Source: Candidatus Omnitrophota bacterium | GTDB taxonomy: Bacteria; Omnitrophota; Omnitrophia; Omnitrophales; Aquincolibacteriaceae | DNA length: 64,000 bases | Direction: 5' to 3' | NCBI GenBank assembly: GCA_022709525.1 | Contig: JAKLIQ010000002.1 | Coordinates: 262,003-326,002, forward strand | Shown here: piece after piece, positions 9,701 to 18,836 of the stretch | How the letters are laid out: each line of letters begins with the position of its first letter | Position numbering within the stretch: position 1 is the first letter of the stretch | The notes under the pieces: model-generated | Told to the model about the DNA's origin: nothing | Databases searched by the model: none | The model's input: only the letters and a program-made list of their open reading frames with translations | Program-made: the position numbers and the translations under genes

Positions 9701-9719
9701 GAGAAACGCTTTTGGGCAT
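6687..9719 (-). CDS. multi-PAS/PAC sensor histidine kinase (hybrid-less, 1010 aa)
   Basis: At least four PAS/PAC repeats, an HisKA H-box SHELRTPLS, and HATPase_c N/G boxes (NLVDNALKFT, GTGIGI, GLGLGL). Confidence 0.85.
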   Translation of the reverse strand: MPKSVSHHSHQDHLEPCQYLQIVDTIIVILDRRGHVKFINRKGCKVLGWPRSAIVGKSWFKTFLPPSIRLQTGRIFRKLMHGQLKGGEYFENPVLTRKKEERLIRWHNTFLRNEEGKIVEILSSGEDIAEQERSEKQLRESKEQLRALSENLANGMVYQIESDRAGRKKRFTYISPAVRRMHGVTPEKVLEDPGVIYRQVFSKDRSIVARAEARAARSLKILEVETRIQLPNGDLRWRRFASAPRLSLDGKRVYWDGIELDITERKKAEDALKGSKEQLELIADRMSDGLAIADVKTKKFLYVNKKFARMFGYSQKDILRKTIMDIHPSRELTHILRQFRGLLQKKIKVSTNVPCCCKKGKIFYADITGQSLIYNGRLAMMGIFRDVTEQKKATELLSQRESYLSAILENQPGLVWLKDRASRLLAVNEKFANASGYKDPKKLIGKKDLDIWPEKLARKYRADDQKVMRSRKSLVTEELVKTREALKWHETFKTPVYDARRRIIGTSGFGRDITERRAMELQLKETKERLEYLLGVTKTGVDVIDADFNLHYVDPAWQKVYGDPAGKKCYRYFMRRRKPCPGCGIPRALRTKKINITEEVLPQEGRIIEVHSIPFRDPGGKWMVAEFNFDITQRKKMEESLRENRHQLLQIIDTVPHMIFAKDKDSRFLLVNQAVARAYNKSPKELIGIRRADIHTVPAELEQYLQIDREILKDGKPRVISAESFTDAYGKKHVLQTIKIPFHLAGVKDPCILGVSVDVTEQKKVEEFRNDIVRTVSHELRTPLSIQKEGINLVLDGSLGPIAPKQKMILETVMRSVNRLSRMISSLLDISRIETGKIELRKGPVDLGVLARDVVFEFKKKAEERGIELRLELPEENIMVLADADRITQVIMNLVDNALKFTEHGTVEISAKISKGRAECAVRDTGIGISKEHLSKMFEKFQQFARTAGGGEKGLGLGLPITKGIVEMHGGRIWVQSEWGKGTKFTFTLPLFKKDISKVKNGAAYAVKEA

Positions 9720-9845
9720 GGACGAATGACCCTCCCCCGTTTGTTTTTATTATACTCCAAAATCGCGATCTCCCCCAAGCGCATAATCATGGCGAGGTTA
9801 CTTTCCGGGTTAAAATGCCGATAGTTACGGAGAGGAAAAACGGAC

Positions 9846-11216
9846 ATGGATATCCGCTCACTGCATTTTCTGGCCCAGAACCCTTTTAAAAAAAGTCTGG
9901 ATATCTCCTGGAAAGAAGGCATCGCTGGAAGCGTGATGCAGGCTTCCATGGACGAATACTTGATCCCCCTCGGGCTTTTTCTGGGAGCGACGCCGATGGA
10001 CATCGGATTCCTGGTGGCGATACCCCATCTCCTCGGTTCGTTGTCGCAATTTTTTGCGGTAAAAGCGGCTGAGATCTTCTCAAGCCGCCTTAAGTTCCTC
10101 GTGCGCGCGACATTGCTTCAGGCGCTTTTTCTTCTTCCACTTGCTCTTTTCCCTTTGATCGTTTTTCCGTCGCGGATCCTCGCGCTGATCGTTTTTGTAA
10201 CGCTCTTCCGGGTCCTCGCGAACCTTATCGCAACGGTCTGGGGCAGTCTCGCAAGCGATTATCTTGCTCCCGAAGAGCGCGGCAAGTATTTCGGGTGGCG
10301 GTCCCGCATTACCGGTTTGGCCGGCGTCATCACGGCGATCGCGGGAGGGATCCTGCTTAATATTTCCCGGATATTCTCAACAGCCGTCGGTTTTTGCATC
10401 CTCTTTGCGACGACCGCAAGCGCGCGGTTCATTTCATCGACCCTGATGAGCCAGATGGAGGACGTGCCGGAGCAAAAAAAGCCGGAAGACGCCTTTACGT
10501 TCTTTATGTTCCTGCGGCGGTTCCGGGAAAGCAATTTCGTGAAATTTGTCTTTTATGTCGGAAGTATCACTTTTGCCACCATGCTTGCGGCGCCCTATTT
10601 TAGCGTCTATATGCTGCAAGACCTCAAGTTCAGCTATTTGACCTACATGTTCATTCACATGGGGGCCGTTGCGGCCAGCATCATTTCCTTCCCTCTTTGG
10701 GGAAAACATGCCGACCGCGTCGGAAACGCCAAGATCCTTAAAACGACGAGTTTGCTGATCCCCCTGATCCCGGTCTTGTGGCTTTTCTCATCCAATCTTG
10801 TTTATCTTTTTCTGATCGAGATCTTCGCGGGCTTTGTATGGGGCGGTTTTAACCTTTGTTCTCTCAACTTCATTTACGACGCCGTAAGCCCCGGAAAGCG
10901 GGTGCGTTGTCTCGGCTACTTCAGCTTCATTAACGGCGTCGCCACTTTTGTGGGCGCGGGACTTGGGGGTTACCTTGCCGAACGGCTTCCGATGCTGAAC
11001 GGTTCCCGCATCTTGACGCTTTTCGTGATCTCGGCGTTCTTCCGGCTTCTTTCGCACTTCCTGCTCTCGCGGCAATTCCATGAAGTGAGACCTTCCGCCC
11101 AGAAGATCTCGAGTGTGGAGCTTTTTTTCAGCGTGGTGGGGATACGGCCCTTCCTTGAAAAAGAGCGGGATTGGAGCGTTCTTTCCTTTTTGAAGCGTTC
11201 GCCCTGGAAGGATTAA
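9846..11216 (+). CDS. MFS-family transporter
   Basis: 456 aa with about 12 predicted TM segments and MFS-like loop spacing. No specific subfamily recognised. Confidence 0.65.
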   Translation: MDIRSLHFLAQNPFKKSLDISWKEGIAGSVMQASMDEYLIPLGLFLGATPMDIGFLVAIPHLLGSLSQFFAVKAAEIFSSRLKFLVRATLLQALFLLPLALFPLIVFPSRILALIVFVTLFRVLANLIATVWGSLASDYLAPEERGKYFGWRSRITGLAGVITAIAGGILLNISRIFSTAVGFCILFATTASARFISSTLMSQMEDVPEQKKPEDAFTFFMFLRRFRESNFVKFVFYVGSITFATMLAAPYFSVYMLQDLKFSYLTYMFIHMGAVAASIISFPLWGKHADRVGNAKILKTTSLLIPLIPVLWLFSSNLVYLFLIEIFAGFVWGGFNLCSLNFIYDAVSPGKRVRCLGYFSFINGVATFVGAGLGGYLAERLPMLNGSRILTLFVISAFFRLLSHFLLSRQFHEVRPSAQKISSVELFFSVVGIRPFLEKERDWSVLSFLKRSPWKD

Positions 11217-11234
11217 GAGCTCTGGGCGAGCGGA

Positions 11235-13742
11235 CTATTTGGGCGTCTTGACCGGAATATCCCAGACGTCGCGGCTGTATTCAAGGATGGTGCGATCGCT
11301 TGAGAATTTCCCCGACCTGGCCACGTTCAAAATGGCTTTTTCCGTCCACGCTTCGGGGTCCTGATATTCTTCCGAGATCTTGTCCTGGATCGCGCAATAA
11401 GATTCGAAATCGGCGCAAACAAGATAGGGATCGGACTGCGTCAGATTATTCACAAGCGGCTCAAAGATCCCCGACTCCATGGGCGAAAAGAAGTCCCCGC
11501 GGATCATGGCGAAGATCTCCCGGAGGTGCGGGGATCGCTCGATGAAAGATCCGGGGTTGTAGCCGCCGCGTTTCAAATCCCGGACCTCGTGGGCCTTGAG
11601 CCCGAACATAAAAATGTTCTCGGCTCCCACCGCCTGGGCGATCTCGATATTGGCCCCGTCATGCGTTCCGACCGTGAGCGCCCCGTTCATCATGAATTTC
11701 ATGCAACCCGTCCCCGAGGCCTCGGTGCCCGCCGTGGAGACCTGCTCGGAAAGATCGCTCGCCGGAAAGATCTTTTCGGCCAGCGAAACCCGGTAATTCT
11801 CGAGGAACACGACCTTCAGCTTGTCGCGGTTTACCTTGTCGTGATTGATCACATTCGCCACGTTATTGATGAATTTGATGATCAGTTTCGCCATGTAATA
11901 ACCGGGAGCGGCCTTGCCGCCGAAAATAAAGGTCCGGGGCGCGATGGCGGCCTTGGGATCCTCCCGGAGCTTCAGGTATTGGGAGATGGCGTAAAGAATA
12001 AAAAGGGTCTGACGTTTGTATTCATGGATCCTTTTAACCTGAACGTCGAACATGGAATCGACGTTGACGAGAAGCCCGGTTTGGCTCCGGATGATCTCGG
12101 CCAGGATCTTTTTGTTGTCCAGCTTGACCTGCTGCCATTTTTTCTTAAGAAGCCGGTCTTTTTTGTGGGGAGCCAACTTTTCAAGCTGGTAGAGGTCTTT
12201 TTCCCATCCCTCCCCGATCGCCTCGGTGATAAGCTTGGCGAGAGGACGGTTCGATTTCATCAGCCATCGGCGGTGAGAGATCCCGTTCGTTTTATTATTG
12301 AATTTCTCCGGAAAAACCTCAAAAAAGTCCCTGAAAAGCTGGGTTTTAAGAAGGCTCGAATGCAGTTCGGAAACCCCGTTGACAGAATGAGACCCGATGA
12401 TGGCCAGGTGGGCCATGCGCACCTTTTTAGGATTCCCCTCTTCGATCAGGGACATGCGGCCAAGGCGGTCCGGATCCCCCGGGTATTCGGAGGCAAGTTC
12501 TTTTAAGAACCGGTCGTTGATCTCGTAAATGATTTGCATGTGGCGCGGCAAAAGCTTTTCAAATGTCGGTACCGGCCAGGTTTCAAGCGCCTCCGGCATC
12601 ACCGTGTGGTTCGTGTAAGCGAAAGAACGGACGGTCAGGTCCCAGGCCGTCTCCCAATCCATCTGCTCCTCGTCAAGGAGGATCCTCATGAACTCCACGA
12701 TCGCAAGCGTCGGATGGGTGTCATTGAGCTGGATGACGGCCTTGTCCGGGAAATTCCTGAAAAGCGCGTTGTCCTCCTTGAAACGGCGGATCAGGTCCGC
12801 GACCGACGCCGCGGTAAAAAAATATTCCTGTTTAAGCCGGAGTTCGCGGCCCATGGAGGTCAGATCGTTGGGATAGAGCACTTTGGAGATATTCTCGGAG
12901 AACATTTTTTCATAAACGGCGTGCTCGTAGTCGCCGTCATTGAAATATTTGAGGTCGAATTCTTCGGAACCGCGGGCCGACCAAAGACGGAGCGTGTTGA
13001 CGATATTGTTCTGATATCCCGGAACCGGCATATCGTAGGGCATCGCGATCACATCTTCGGTGTTGACCCACTCCACGCAAAGACGGCCTTTTTTGTCGTG
13101 GTACATGTTGGTGTTGCCGTAAAACTTGATCTTTTGGGCGTATTCGGGCCTGGCAAATTCCCAGGGATTTCCGTGCTTCAGCCATTCGTCCGGCGATTCC
13201 ACCTGATAGCCGTTCACGATCTTTTGATTGAAGATCCCGTAGTCGTAACGGATCCCGTAACCGTGCGCGGCGATGCCCAAGGTGGCCATGGAATCAAGAA
13301 AGCAGGCGGCTAGGCGGCCCAGGCCGCCGTTCCCAAGCCCTGCGTCCACTTCTTCGTCGCGGACTTTTTCAACATCCAGACCGAATTCTTCGAGGGCCTT
13401 CTGGGTCTGATCGGTAAGGCCGAGATTCAGGATGTAGCTCCCCAAAAGACGGCCGATCAGGAACTCCAGGGAAAGATAATAGACGCGTTTGACATTGTCG
13501 CGATGATAGCGCTGCTGGGTCTTGATCCAGCGCTCGACTAAGCGTTCGCGGAGCGCCATGCCGAGCGCCATAAAATTGTCGCGGGGGGTTGCGGTAAAAC
13601 GGTCTTTAGCTAAGCCGTATTGGAGACTCGAGCTGAAGGAATGCTTGATCCCGTCTTTGGTCATATCCTTAGGTTCGAGATGCCAAAGGGCTTGCACCCC
13701 TTTTTCGTCTTCCATCATATTGCTTTTCTTTGATTGCGGCAT
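11235..13742 (-). CDS. glgP: glycogen/alpha-glucan phosphorylase
   Basis: 835 aa with the pyridoxal-phosphate site region EASGTGCMKFMMNGALTVGTHDGANIE and GT35-wide similarity. Confidence 0.9.
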   Translation of the reverse strand: MPQSKKSNMMEDEKGVQALWHLEPKDMTKDGIKHSFSSSLQYGLAKDRFTATPRDNFMALGMALRERLVERWIKTQQRYHRDNVKRVYYLSLEFLIGRLLGSYILNLGLTDQTQKALEEFGLDVEKVRDEEVDAGLGNGGLGRLAACFLDSMATLGIAAHGYGIRYDYGIFNQKIVNGYQVESPDEWLKHGNPWEFARPEYAQKIKFYGNTNMYHDKKGRLCVEWVNTEDVIAMPYDMPVPGYQNNIVNTLRLWSARGSEEFDLKYFNDGDYEHAVYEKMFSENISKVLYPNDLTSMGRELRLKQEYFFTAASVADLIRRFKEDNALFRNFPDKAVIQLNDTHPTLAIVEFMRILLDEEQMDWETAWDLTVRSFAYTNHTVMPEALETWPVPTFEKLLPRHMQIIYEINDRFLKELASEYPGDPDRLGRMSLIEEGNPKKVRMAHLAIIGSHSVNGVSELHSSLLKTQLFRDFFEVFPEKFNNKTNGISHRRWLMKSNRPLAKLITEAIGEGWEKDLYQLEKLAPHKKDRLLKKKWQQVKLDNKKILAEIIRSQTGLLVNVDSMFDVQVKRIHEYKRQTLFILYAISQYLKLREDPKAAIAPRTFIFGGKAAPGYYMAKLIIKFINNVANVINHDKVNRDKLKVVFLENYRVSLAEKIFPASDLSEQVSTAGTEASGTGCMKFMMNGALTVGTHDGANIEIAQAVGAENIFMFGLKAHEVRDLKRGGYNPGSFIERSPHLREIFAMIRGDFFSPMESGIFEPLVNNLTQSDPYLVCADFESYCAIQDKISEEYQDPEAWTEKAILNVARSGKFSSDRTILEYSRDVWDIPVKTPK

Positions 13743-13880
13743 TTCAGCCCCCGCTAGAAATTGTTAAAGGTTCATCCAAGGTTTTATAGTGTAGCAAAAA
13801 GAACGGAATGCTCCAAGCGCGGTTTTAACTGACATCGGTGCATTTTAGCCCGCGAAGGTTCCGGCAAAGTCGCGTCTTGA

Positions 13881-14059
13881 GGCCGTCCGGGCAAGGTGGG
13901 CTGAAGGAACTTCTTGTCAGGTACCGGCGCTTCAGCCGCTCCTGCGGCGGCTGTTCGCCTTGGCTCTCGCCGCTCAAATTCTCGCTACGGCGAGAAACCA
14001 AGCTTTGAGCGGCTCCGAGACATACCTTCCCAAGAAGTTCCTTCAGTCCGAGGACGGTC
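13881..14059. repeat. ~180-nt long imperfect inverted repeat (potential long hairpin / structured RNA or MITE-like element)
   Basis: Perfect 16-nt arms ctgaaggaacttcttg (13901-13916) and caagaagttccttcag (14031-14046). Further nested complementary segments include ggccgtcc/ggacggtc, agccgct/agcggct and ctctcgccg/cggcgagaa. It is non-coding, between glgP and the GH13 gene. Confidence 0.4.
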
Positions 14060-14154
14060 GAAAGCCGAGCGATGACTTTCACGCTGGGAAAGTCGAGCGT
14101 CGGCTGAGCCGGAGGCCTGAGCAAAGGCTAAAAGGTGCAAGGGTCTGGGCGCGC

Positions 14155-15630
14155 TTAGGCCTTGAAGTCGAAGAGGTGGGCTTGCCAGGGTCCGAGGTCC
14201 GCGTAGAGCCCTTTTTCCGAAAGCTCCTGGCCCGTGCGGTCGTAGGTTTTGTCGGTCAAAGCGTCCTTGAACTGGATAAAGAATTTCCGGTTGAGGAATT
14301 CAGGAAGGCGGATAAAGGCCTGGGCGCGGATCAGAGAATAATTGATGACGACAAGCTTCCAGTGCTGGCCTTCGCCCCAAAGCCAGGCGAGGATCGCCTG
14401 ATAAGTCTCGTTCTTTTCCCAGGCGGATTTTGTTTCCAGCAGTATCCAGTCGCCACAACGGGTCACGGACCCTTTCGTGAAACGCAAAAGGCGGCGGTAA
14501 GCGTCGCTGATCACGGGATCCGCCGGCTCCCGGGGTTCGCGCCTTAAGTGGATGGGCGTACGGATCCTTCTTCCCTCAAGCTGGCCGTCGTGAAAAAAAC
14601 GAAGCCCCGGAACGGTCGCGGTGATCATTCCCGCGGCTACGGATTTTTTCTTCCCGAAATTCACCGTTGCCCGCTCCTCATCGTGATTTTCGATGAAGCG
14701 GAGGCACTTATCGCGATAATCCGGTTCCGCCCTTAAATGGTCCCGCACGGAAACAGAAGAATCAAAAAACATCCTGTCATAAAGACGCTTGTCATAGGTA
14801 AAATCAAAACCCAGCTGCTGGAGGGGCCAATCCAGGTCCCAATAAACTTCGGCGATGAAGATAAAATGAGGCGCGGCCTTTTTCACTTCCGGGATCACCT
14901 CCGACCAGAATTCCGTTTCGGGCCGGGTTTCCTGGATGTGCTCGCCCCATACTTTCTGGAATACATCGTTCATGCCCAGCATCGCCATATCGCAACGCAC
15001 GCCGTCGGCGACCTTCGCAAGACTAAGCAGTTGGGTCCGCCAGGCCTCGCGGGCCGCGAGAGACCAGAAATTGATCTGGGCCGTATCGATCCAGGGCGGG
15101 AAATACGGATCGCGGCCATGCGCGATCTTTTTACCGTCAGGCGTGATAAAAGCCCAATCCGGGTGGGCCCGAAGGGTCTCCGGGCGGCAGGAAACGAATA
15201 CCTCTGGCCGCTCCAAGGTCCAGGGATGGTCGATGGCGAGGTGGTTTGGGACAAAATCAAGTACCAATCCGAGCCCGAGGCCGTTTAGCTTTATTTTTAA
15301 GGCCAGCAGGTCCTGTGGCGCGCCGAGATAGGGGTCCAATGTATAACCGTAGATCGCATAGGGGGAACCCGTCACATCCTCTTTTTTCCAATCCGGCAGG
15401 ATAAGATCGTAAGCCCGGCAAAGATTGGGCTCTTTCGCGGCGTGGGCGCGGGCCCAGGGGCTGCGGGTCCAAACACCCATGAGCCAAAGATAATCAAAAC
15501 CCTGGTCCGCAAAAACCTTCCATTCCTCGGCCGGAACGGTCAAAAGCGTCATGCGGCGCCCGTATTTTTCGGACATGCGGGAAACGAAAAAAAAGGCGTT
15601 CAGTTCAAGAAGCTGCGGGTGTTTTTTCAT
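14155..15630 (-). CDS. alpha-amylase-family (GH13) glycoside hydrolase
   Basis: GH13 region I LVLDFVPNHLAIDHPW and further catalytic-domain similarity. Substrate specificity unknown. Confidence 0.7.
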   Translation of the reverse strand: MKKHPQLLELNAFFFVSRMSEKYGRRMTLLTVPAEEWKVFADQGFDYLWLMGVWTRSPWARAHAAKEPNLCRAYDLILPDWKKEDVTGSPYAIYGYTLDPYLGAPQDLLALKIKLNGLGLGLVLDFVPNHLAIDHPWTLERPEVFVSCRPETLRAHPDWAFITPDGKKIAHGRDPYFPPWIDTAQINFWSLAAREAWRTQLLSLAKVADGVRCDMAMLGMNDVFQKVWGEHIQETRPETEFWSEVIPEVKKAAPHFIFIAEVYWDLDWPLQQLGFDFTYDKRLYDRMFFDSSVSVRDHLRAEPDYRDKCLRFIENHDEERATVNFGKKKSVAAGMITATVPGLRFFHDGQLEGRRIRTPIHLRREPREPADPVISDAYRRLLRFTKGSVTRCGDWILLETKSAWEKNETYQAILAWLWGEGQHWKLVVINYSLIRAQAFIRLPEFLNRKFFIQFKDALTDKTYDRTGQELSEKGLYADLGPWQAHLFDFKA

Positions 15631-15713
15631 GGTCCTTTCCCATAAGTCCTGCGACTATGGTTATCGGTCCCCTCTTGGATTTCCTTTATGAATCCTTCGA
15701 AAGACGGCGTTTT

Positions 15714-15760
15714 GAAAATAAAAAAGGCGCGGGCGACAATATCGTCCCGCGCCTTAAAAA
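15714..15760 (-). terminator. intrinsic terminator (usable in both directions) between the wHTH gene and the GH13 gene
   Basis: An 8-bp GC stem GGCGCGGG...CCCGCGCC (15726-15753) is flanked by an A-run on the plus strand. On the minus strand this gives a U-tract UUUUUUAUUUUC. Confidence 0.5.
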
Positions 15761-15782
15761 GATCGCTGGAATCCGTCAGAGT

Positions 15783-16001
15783 TCAGCCCTTAAGGAGGGA
15801 CACCTTAACGCTTTTACCCATTTTGTTGAAATTGATGTTATTTTCGCGGGCGAGCCAGCCGATCGCCTGATAGAACAAACCCTCTTCGACGCCGATCTCT
15901 TTTGAGAGCTTGGCCACTGTCATTTCGCCCTTTTGTTCCAAGGCCTTGTAGATCTTGCCCGCCGTTTCGCCGATCCCGTAATACTGTTCCTGCATGATCA
16001 T
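15783..16001 (-). CDS. small winged-helix DNA-binding protein (72 aa)
   Basis: MTVAKLSKEIGVEEGLFYQAIGWLAREN resembles a winged HTH. It lies between the GH57 and GH13 genes. Weak call. Confidence 0.4.
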   Translation of the reverse strand: MIMQEQYYGIGETAGKIYKALEQKGEMTVAKLSKEIGVEEGLFYQAIGWLARENNINFNKMGKSVKVSLLKG

Positions 16002-16034
16002 TCCCTTTCTGGTGTTTTCTCTAAGTTAGGATGA

Positions 16035-17612
16035 TTAAAAGACCCCGGCATCCACATCCGGAAAGATATTGTCTTTTGATTCCAGTTCCCTGAGCCATCC
16101 TTCATCAAGCCGGTGGTTCATCAGGTCCTCGTAGATCCTGGTAAAGTTCAGGAGGTGGTCCTTGGTCCGCTTGACCGCGTAAGGCACCATCGTGCCCGTG
16201 TGCATGATGAAGGCCCAGTCGCTTGATTGCGCGAGGAAAAGTTCCCTGGCCGCCTGTTTGAGCGCGCGGCCGGCCGTGCCGTTCTGGCCGCGGAATTTTT
16301 CGGTCATCTCGGTCATGCGAAGCGATGCCTTGTGCAGATGCCGGTAGACCCAATCGTTGGCGCCGGAAAGCCAGGTCTCGCTATAGCCCTTCCATCCCCA
16401 GCTGGAAAAGCACGGGGTGGATACCTGGTTGACCGGGTACTCTTTGAAATAATCCGACGGAGCGATCAAGCGGAACATTTTTTGATCGTAGGCCGTCTTC
16501 CGTATGAAGAAATTCAGGAATTCCGGACCTTCATACCACCAGTGGCCGTAAAGCTCCGCGTCGTAGGGCGCGACAATGAGCGGCTTGCGACCCATGAAAT
16601 CATGCAGGTATTCGATCTGTTTTTCGCGGTTGAACATGAAGTTGGCGGCATGGCTCGCGGCTTTCTGCATCGCCCAGCCCCGCACATAAGGTTCTTTGTG
16701 CTCGGTATTGCCGGTGATGCGGTGATATTTGATACCGGTGTTGACGCGCAAACCGTCGGGCGAAATATAAGGACGGATATATTCGAAATCGAGCTCAAAA
16801 CCGATATCGCGGTAGAATTCGCGGTAATCGGGATCGCCCGGATACCCTTCAATGGCCGACCAGACTTGCTTGGAGGATTCCACGTCGCGGCCGAACGCAG
16901 CCACGCCGCTGGGGCAGAAGATCGGAGCGAAGACGCCGTATTTGGGCCGGGGCGAAGCGTGCAGGATGCCGTGCGTATCGGTCAGGAAATAACGGATGCC
17001 TTGTTCTTTCAGGTATTTATCCACACCCGGATAATAACCGCATTCCGGAAGCCAAATACCGATCGGCCTGCGGCCGAGCACTTTTTCGTAAAGTTCCGCG
17101 GCGGTCTTGATCTGGCCCCGCACGGTCCCCTCATTGCGACTGATCAGCGGCAGAAAACCGTGTGTCGCGGCGCAGGTGATGATCTCGAGATGCCCGCGAT
17201 CCTGGAATTTCCGGAAGGCCTGCGTGATGTCTTTATGATAACGGTTCGCGAAGGTATCTTTGGCCCGCGTGAATTCCCAATAATAGTGGAGCGCGGTCTC
17301 GTGGAATTGCGGTTGGAAACGCGTCCGCTCGATTTCCTTGTTGGCCAGCTCGATCAGCTTGTCAAGATGGCGAAGATAGCGGTTCTGCAAAAGTTCGTCG
17401 CGAAGCATTGACATGAGTGAGGGCGTAAGCGACATGGTAAGGCGCCAGGGAACCTGGTCACGCTCAAGCGCTTCGAACATGTGGATGAGCGGAATGTAGG
17501 TCTCGGTGATCGCCTCATAAAGCCAGGCCTCTTCCAGGAAATACTCATGCTCCGGATGGCGGACGAACGGCAGATGCGCATGGAGGACTATGGAAAGAAA
17601 ACCTTTTTCCAT
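16035..17612 (-). CDS. GH57-family 1,4-alpha-glucan branching enzyme
   Basis: N-terminus LSIVLHAHLPFVRHPE and overall GH57 / DUF1957 (C-terminal domain of unknown function) branching-enzyme architecture, 525 aa. Confidence 0.8.
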   Translation of the reverse strand: MEKGFLSIVLHAHLPFVRHPEHEYFLEEAWLYEAITETYIPLIHMFEALERDQVPWRLTMSLTPSLMSMLRDELLQNRYLRHLDKLIELANKEIERTRFQPQFHETALHYYWEFTRAKDTFANRYHKDITQAFRKFQDRGHLEIITCAATHGFLPLISRNEGTVRGQIKTAAELYEKVLGRRPIGIWLPECGYYPGVDKYLKEQGIRYFLTDTHGILHASPRPKYGVFAPIFCPSGVAAFGRDVESSKQVWSAIEGYPGDPDYREFYRDIGFELDFEYIRPYISPDGLRVNTGIKYHRITGNTEHKEPYVRGWAMQKAASHAANFMFNREKQIEYLHDFMGRKPLIVAPYDAELYGHWWYEGPEFLNFFIRKTAYDQKMFRLIAPSDYFKEYPVNQVSTPCFSSWGWKGYSETWLSGANDWVYRHLHKASLRMTEMTEKFRGQNGTAGRALKQAARELFLAQSSDWAFIMHTGTMVPYAVKRTKDHLLNFTRIYEDLMNHRLDEGWLRELESKDNIFPDVDAGVF

Positions 17613-17614
17613 AG

Positions 17615-18613
17615 CTATTTGTGCTTTCCTGCTTTTAGGACAGGCGCGGGCCTTTCTGTATTGCGGCTAACGATCGGGGTGATGACCCTCTCTTCGACGC
17701 CGTCGGCAGATTCGGCGTGACAATCAAAAATGAACTTTCCGTCCGGAAGCCCGTAGCGCAGCGTGAAAGTGCCGTCCGGACGGAGCTGGACGGGCCTTCC
17801 CTGCATCGTGACCTTGGCGTCGGGTTCGGTGCCGCCGTAGATGATAAGCTCGCATTCAAGCCAAAAACGGAAACCGCGCTGCTTGATGCGGACAGGGCTT
17901 GAAAGACTTGAAACGGCGCCGGCTCCCGAGCCCGAGGTGATAGCGCTTTTGAGGCGCTCTTCCATGAGCTTGCGAAGCTCCGCCGAGCTTTTACCGACCT
18001 GAAATCCTCCCGAAAGGGCGTACATCTTGTCAAAATCAATCGACATCCACTGTTCGTCGATCACTTCCGACATGCCGGAGCGGGGGGTCGTGACGCGATT
18101 GGAACGGGCAAGGCAGATAAAGCGGCCGTCGCGGTGCAAGAGGCCGATCTCGACAAAATAGCTCCGGTTCGGCTGCGTATTGATGTACCAGCTTTTGGCC
18201 ATATTCTGAAGGACAATATCAAAAAATGAATGGCTCTTCCCGTCTTCCGTGACATCGTAGACCCGGAGCACGGACACAACGTTCTCCCAATTGCCGCCCA
18301 ACTTTGAAAGATGATGGCGCTGGTGGCCTTCCTGGATCTCCCAGTAAGCATAGATCCAGTAGGGGTCGCGCACGAGCAGGTAGATCTGGTTATCGCCGTA
18401 ATTATCCGGGAGTTCGCGCGGCATTTCTCGGACGGGCTGCGGTTCGAACCTGGGCGGCGCTACGATATTTTCCGGAATATCAAGAACGATCTCTTTGGGT
18501 TTGGGAACGGCTACGGATTTTTTTGTGACGGGGACCCGCTTACGAGTGGATGCGGCTGGTTTTGTCGACGGTTTTTTTTCTGCCCGAATTTTCTTGCGAG
18601 GCGATAGCGCCAT
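17615..18613 (-). CDS. DUF4912-domain protein (commonly adjacent to GH57 glycogen genes)
   Basis: Lys/Pro-rich N-terminus and a conserved core YLLVRDPYWIYAYWEI. Its stop directly abuts the GH57 start. Confidence 0.65.
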   Translation of the reverse strand: MALSPRKKIRAEKKPSTKPAASTRKRVPVTKKSVAVPKPKEIVLDIPENIVAPPRFEPQPVREMPRELPDNYGDNQIYLLVRDPYWIYAYWEIQEGHQRHHLSKLGGNWENVVSVLRVYDVTEDGKSHSFFDIVLQNMAKSWYINTQPNRSYFVEIGLLHRDGRFICLARSNRVTTPRSGMSEVIDEQWMSIDFDKMYALSGGFQVGKSSAELRKLMEERLKSAITSGSGAGAVSSLSSPVRIKQRGFRFWLECELIIYGGTEPDAKVTMQGRPVQLRPDGTFTLRYGLPDGKFIFDCHAESADGVEERVITPIVSRNTERPAPVLKAGKHK

Positions 18614-18836
18614 GGTTCGGTCCTCTATTTAATCATTCCCGCGGTAAAAGCGCCGTTTTAACTTTCACACGCTAGTTCGTGAGCAAAAAAACTATAAATA
18701 AAGACAAAAAGCACAAGCGCCAAAACCCGGCATCAATGACTTATGAAGACCAGATGGGGGGCACCATTAATATACCAAAACCTCGGTCATATAGCAACTG
18801 GCGAAATGGCTTTTTCTCTTTTTTGCCGAAACTTGC

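Noticed and set aside
6687-9719. LOV (blue-light) domain in the PAS kinase next to photolyase
   Set aside because: No NCRFLQ / GRNCRFLQG flavin-adduct motif in any of the PAS repeats. Light sensing is not supported by sequence.
13881-14059. IS element or transposon remnant
   Set aside because: No transposase ORF, no target-site duplication that I can see, and the arms are nested and imperfect. Kept as a structured repeat, not a mobile element.
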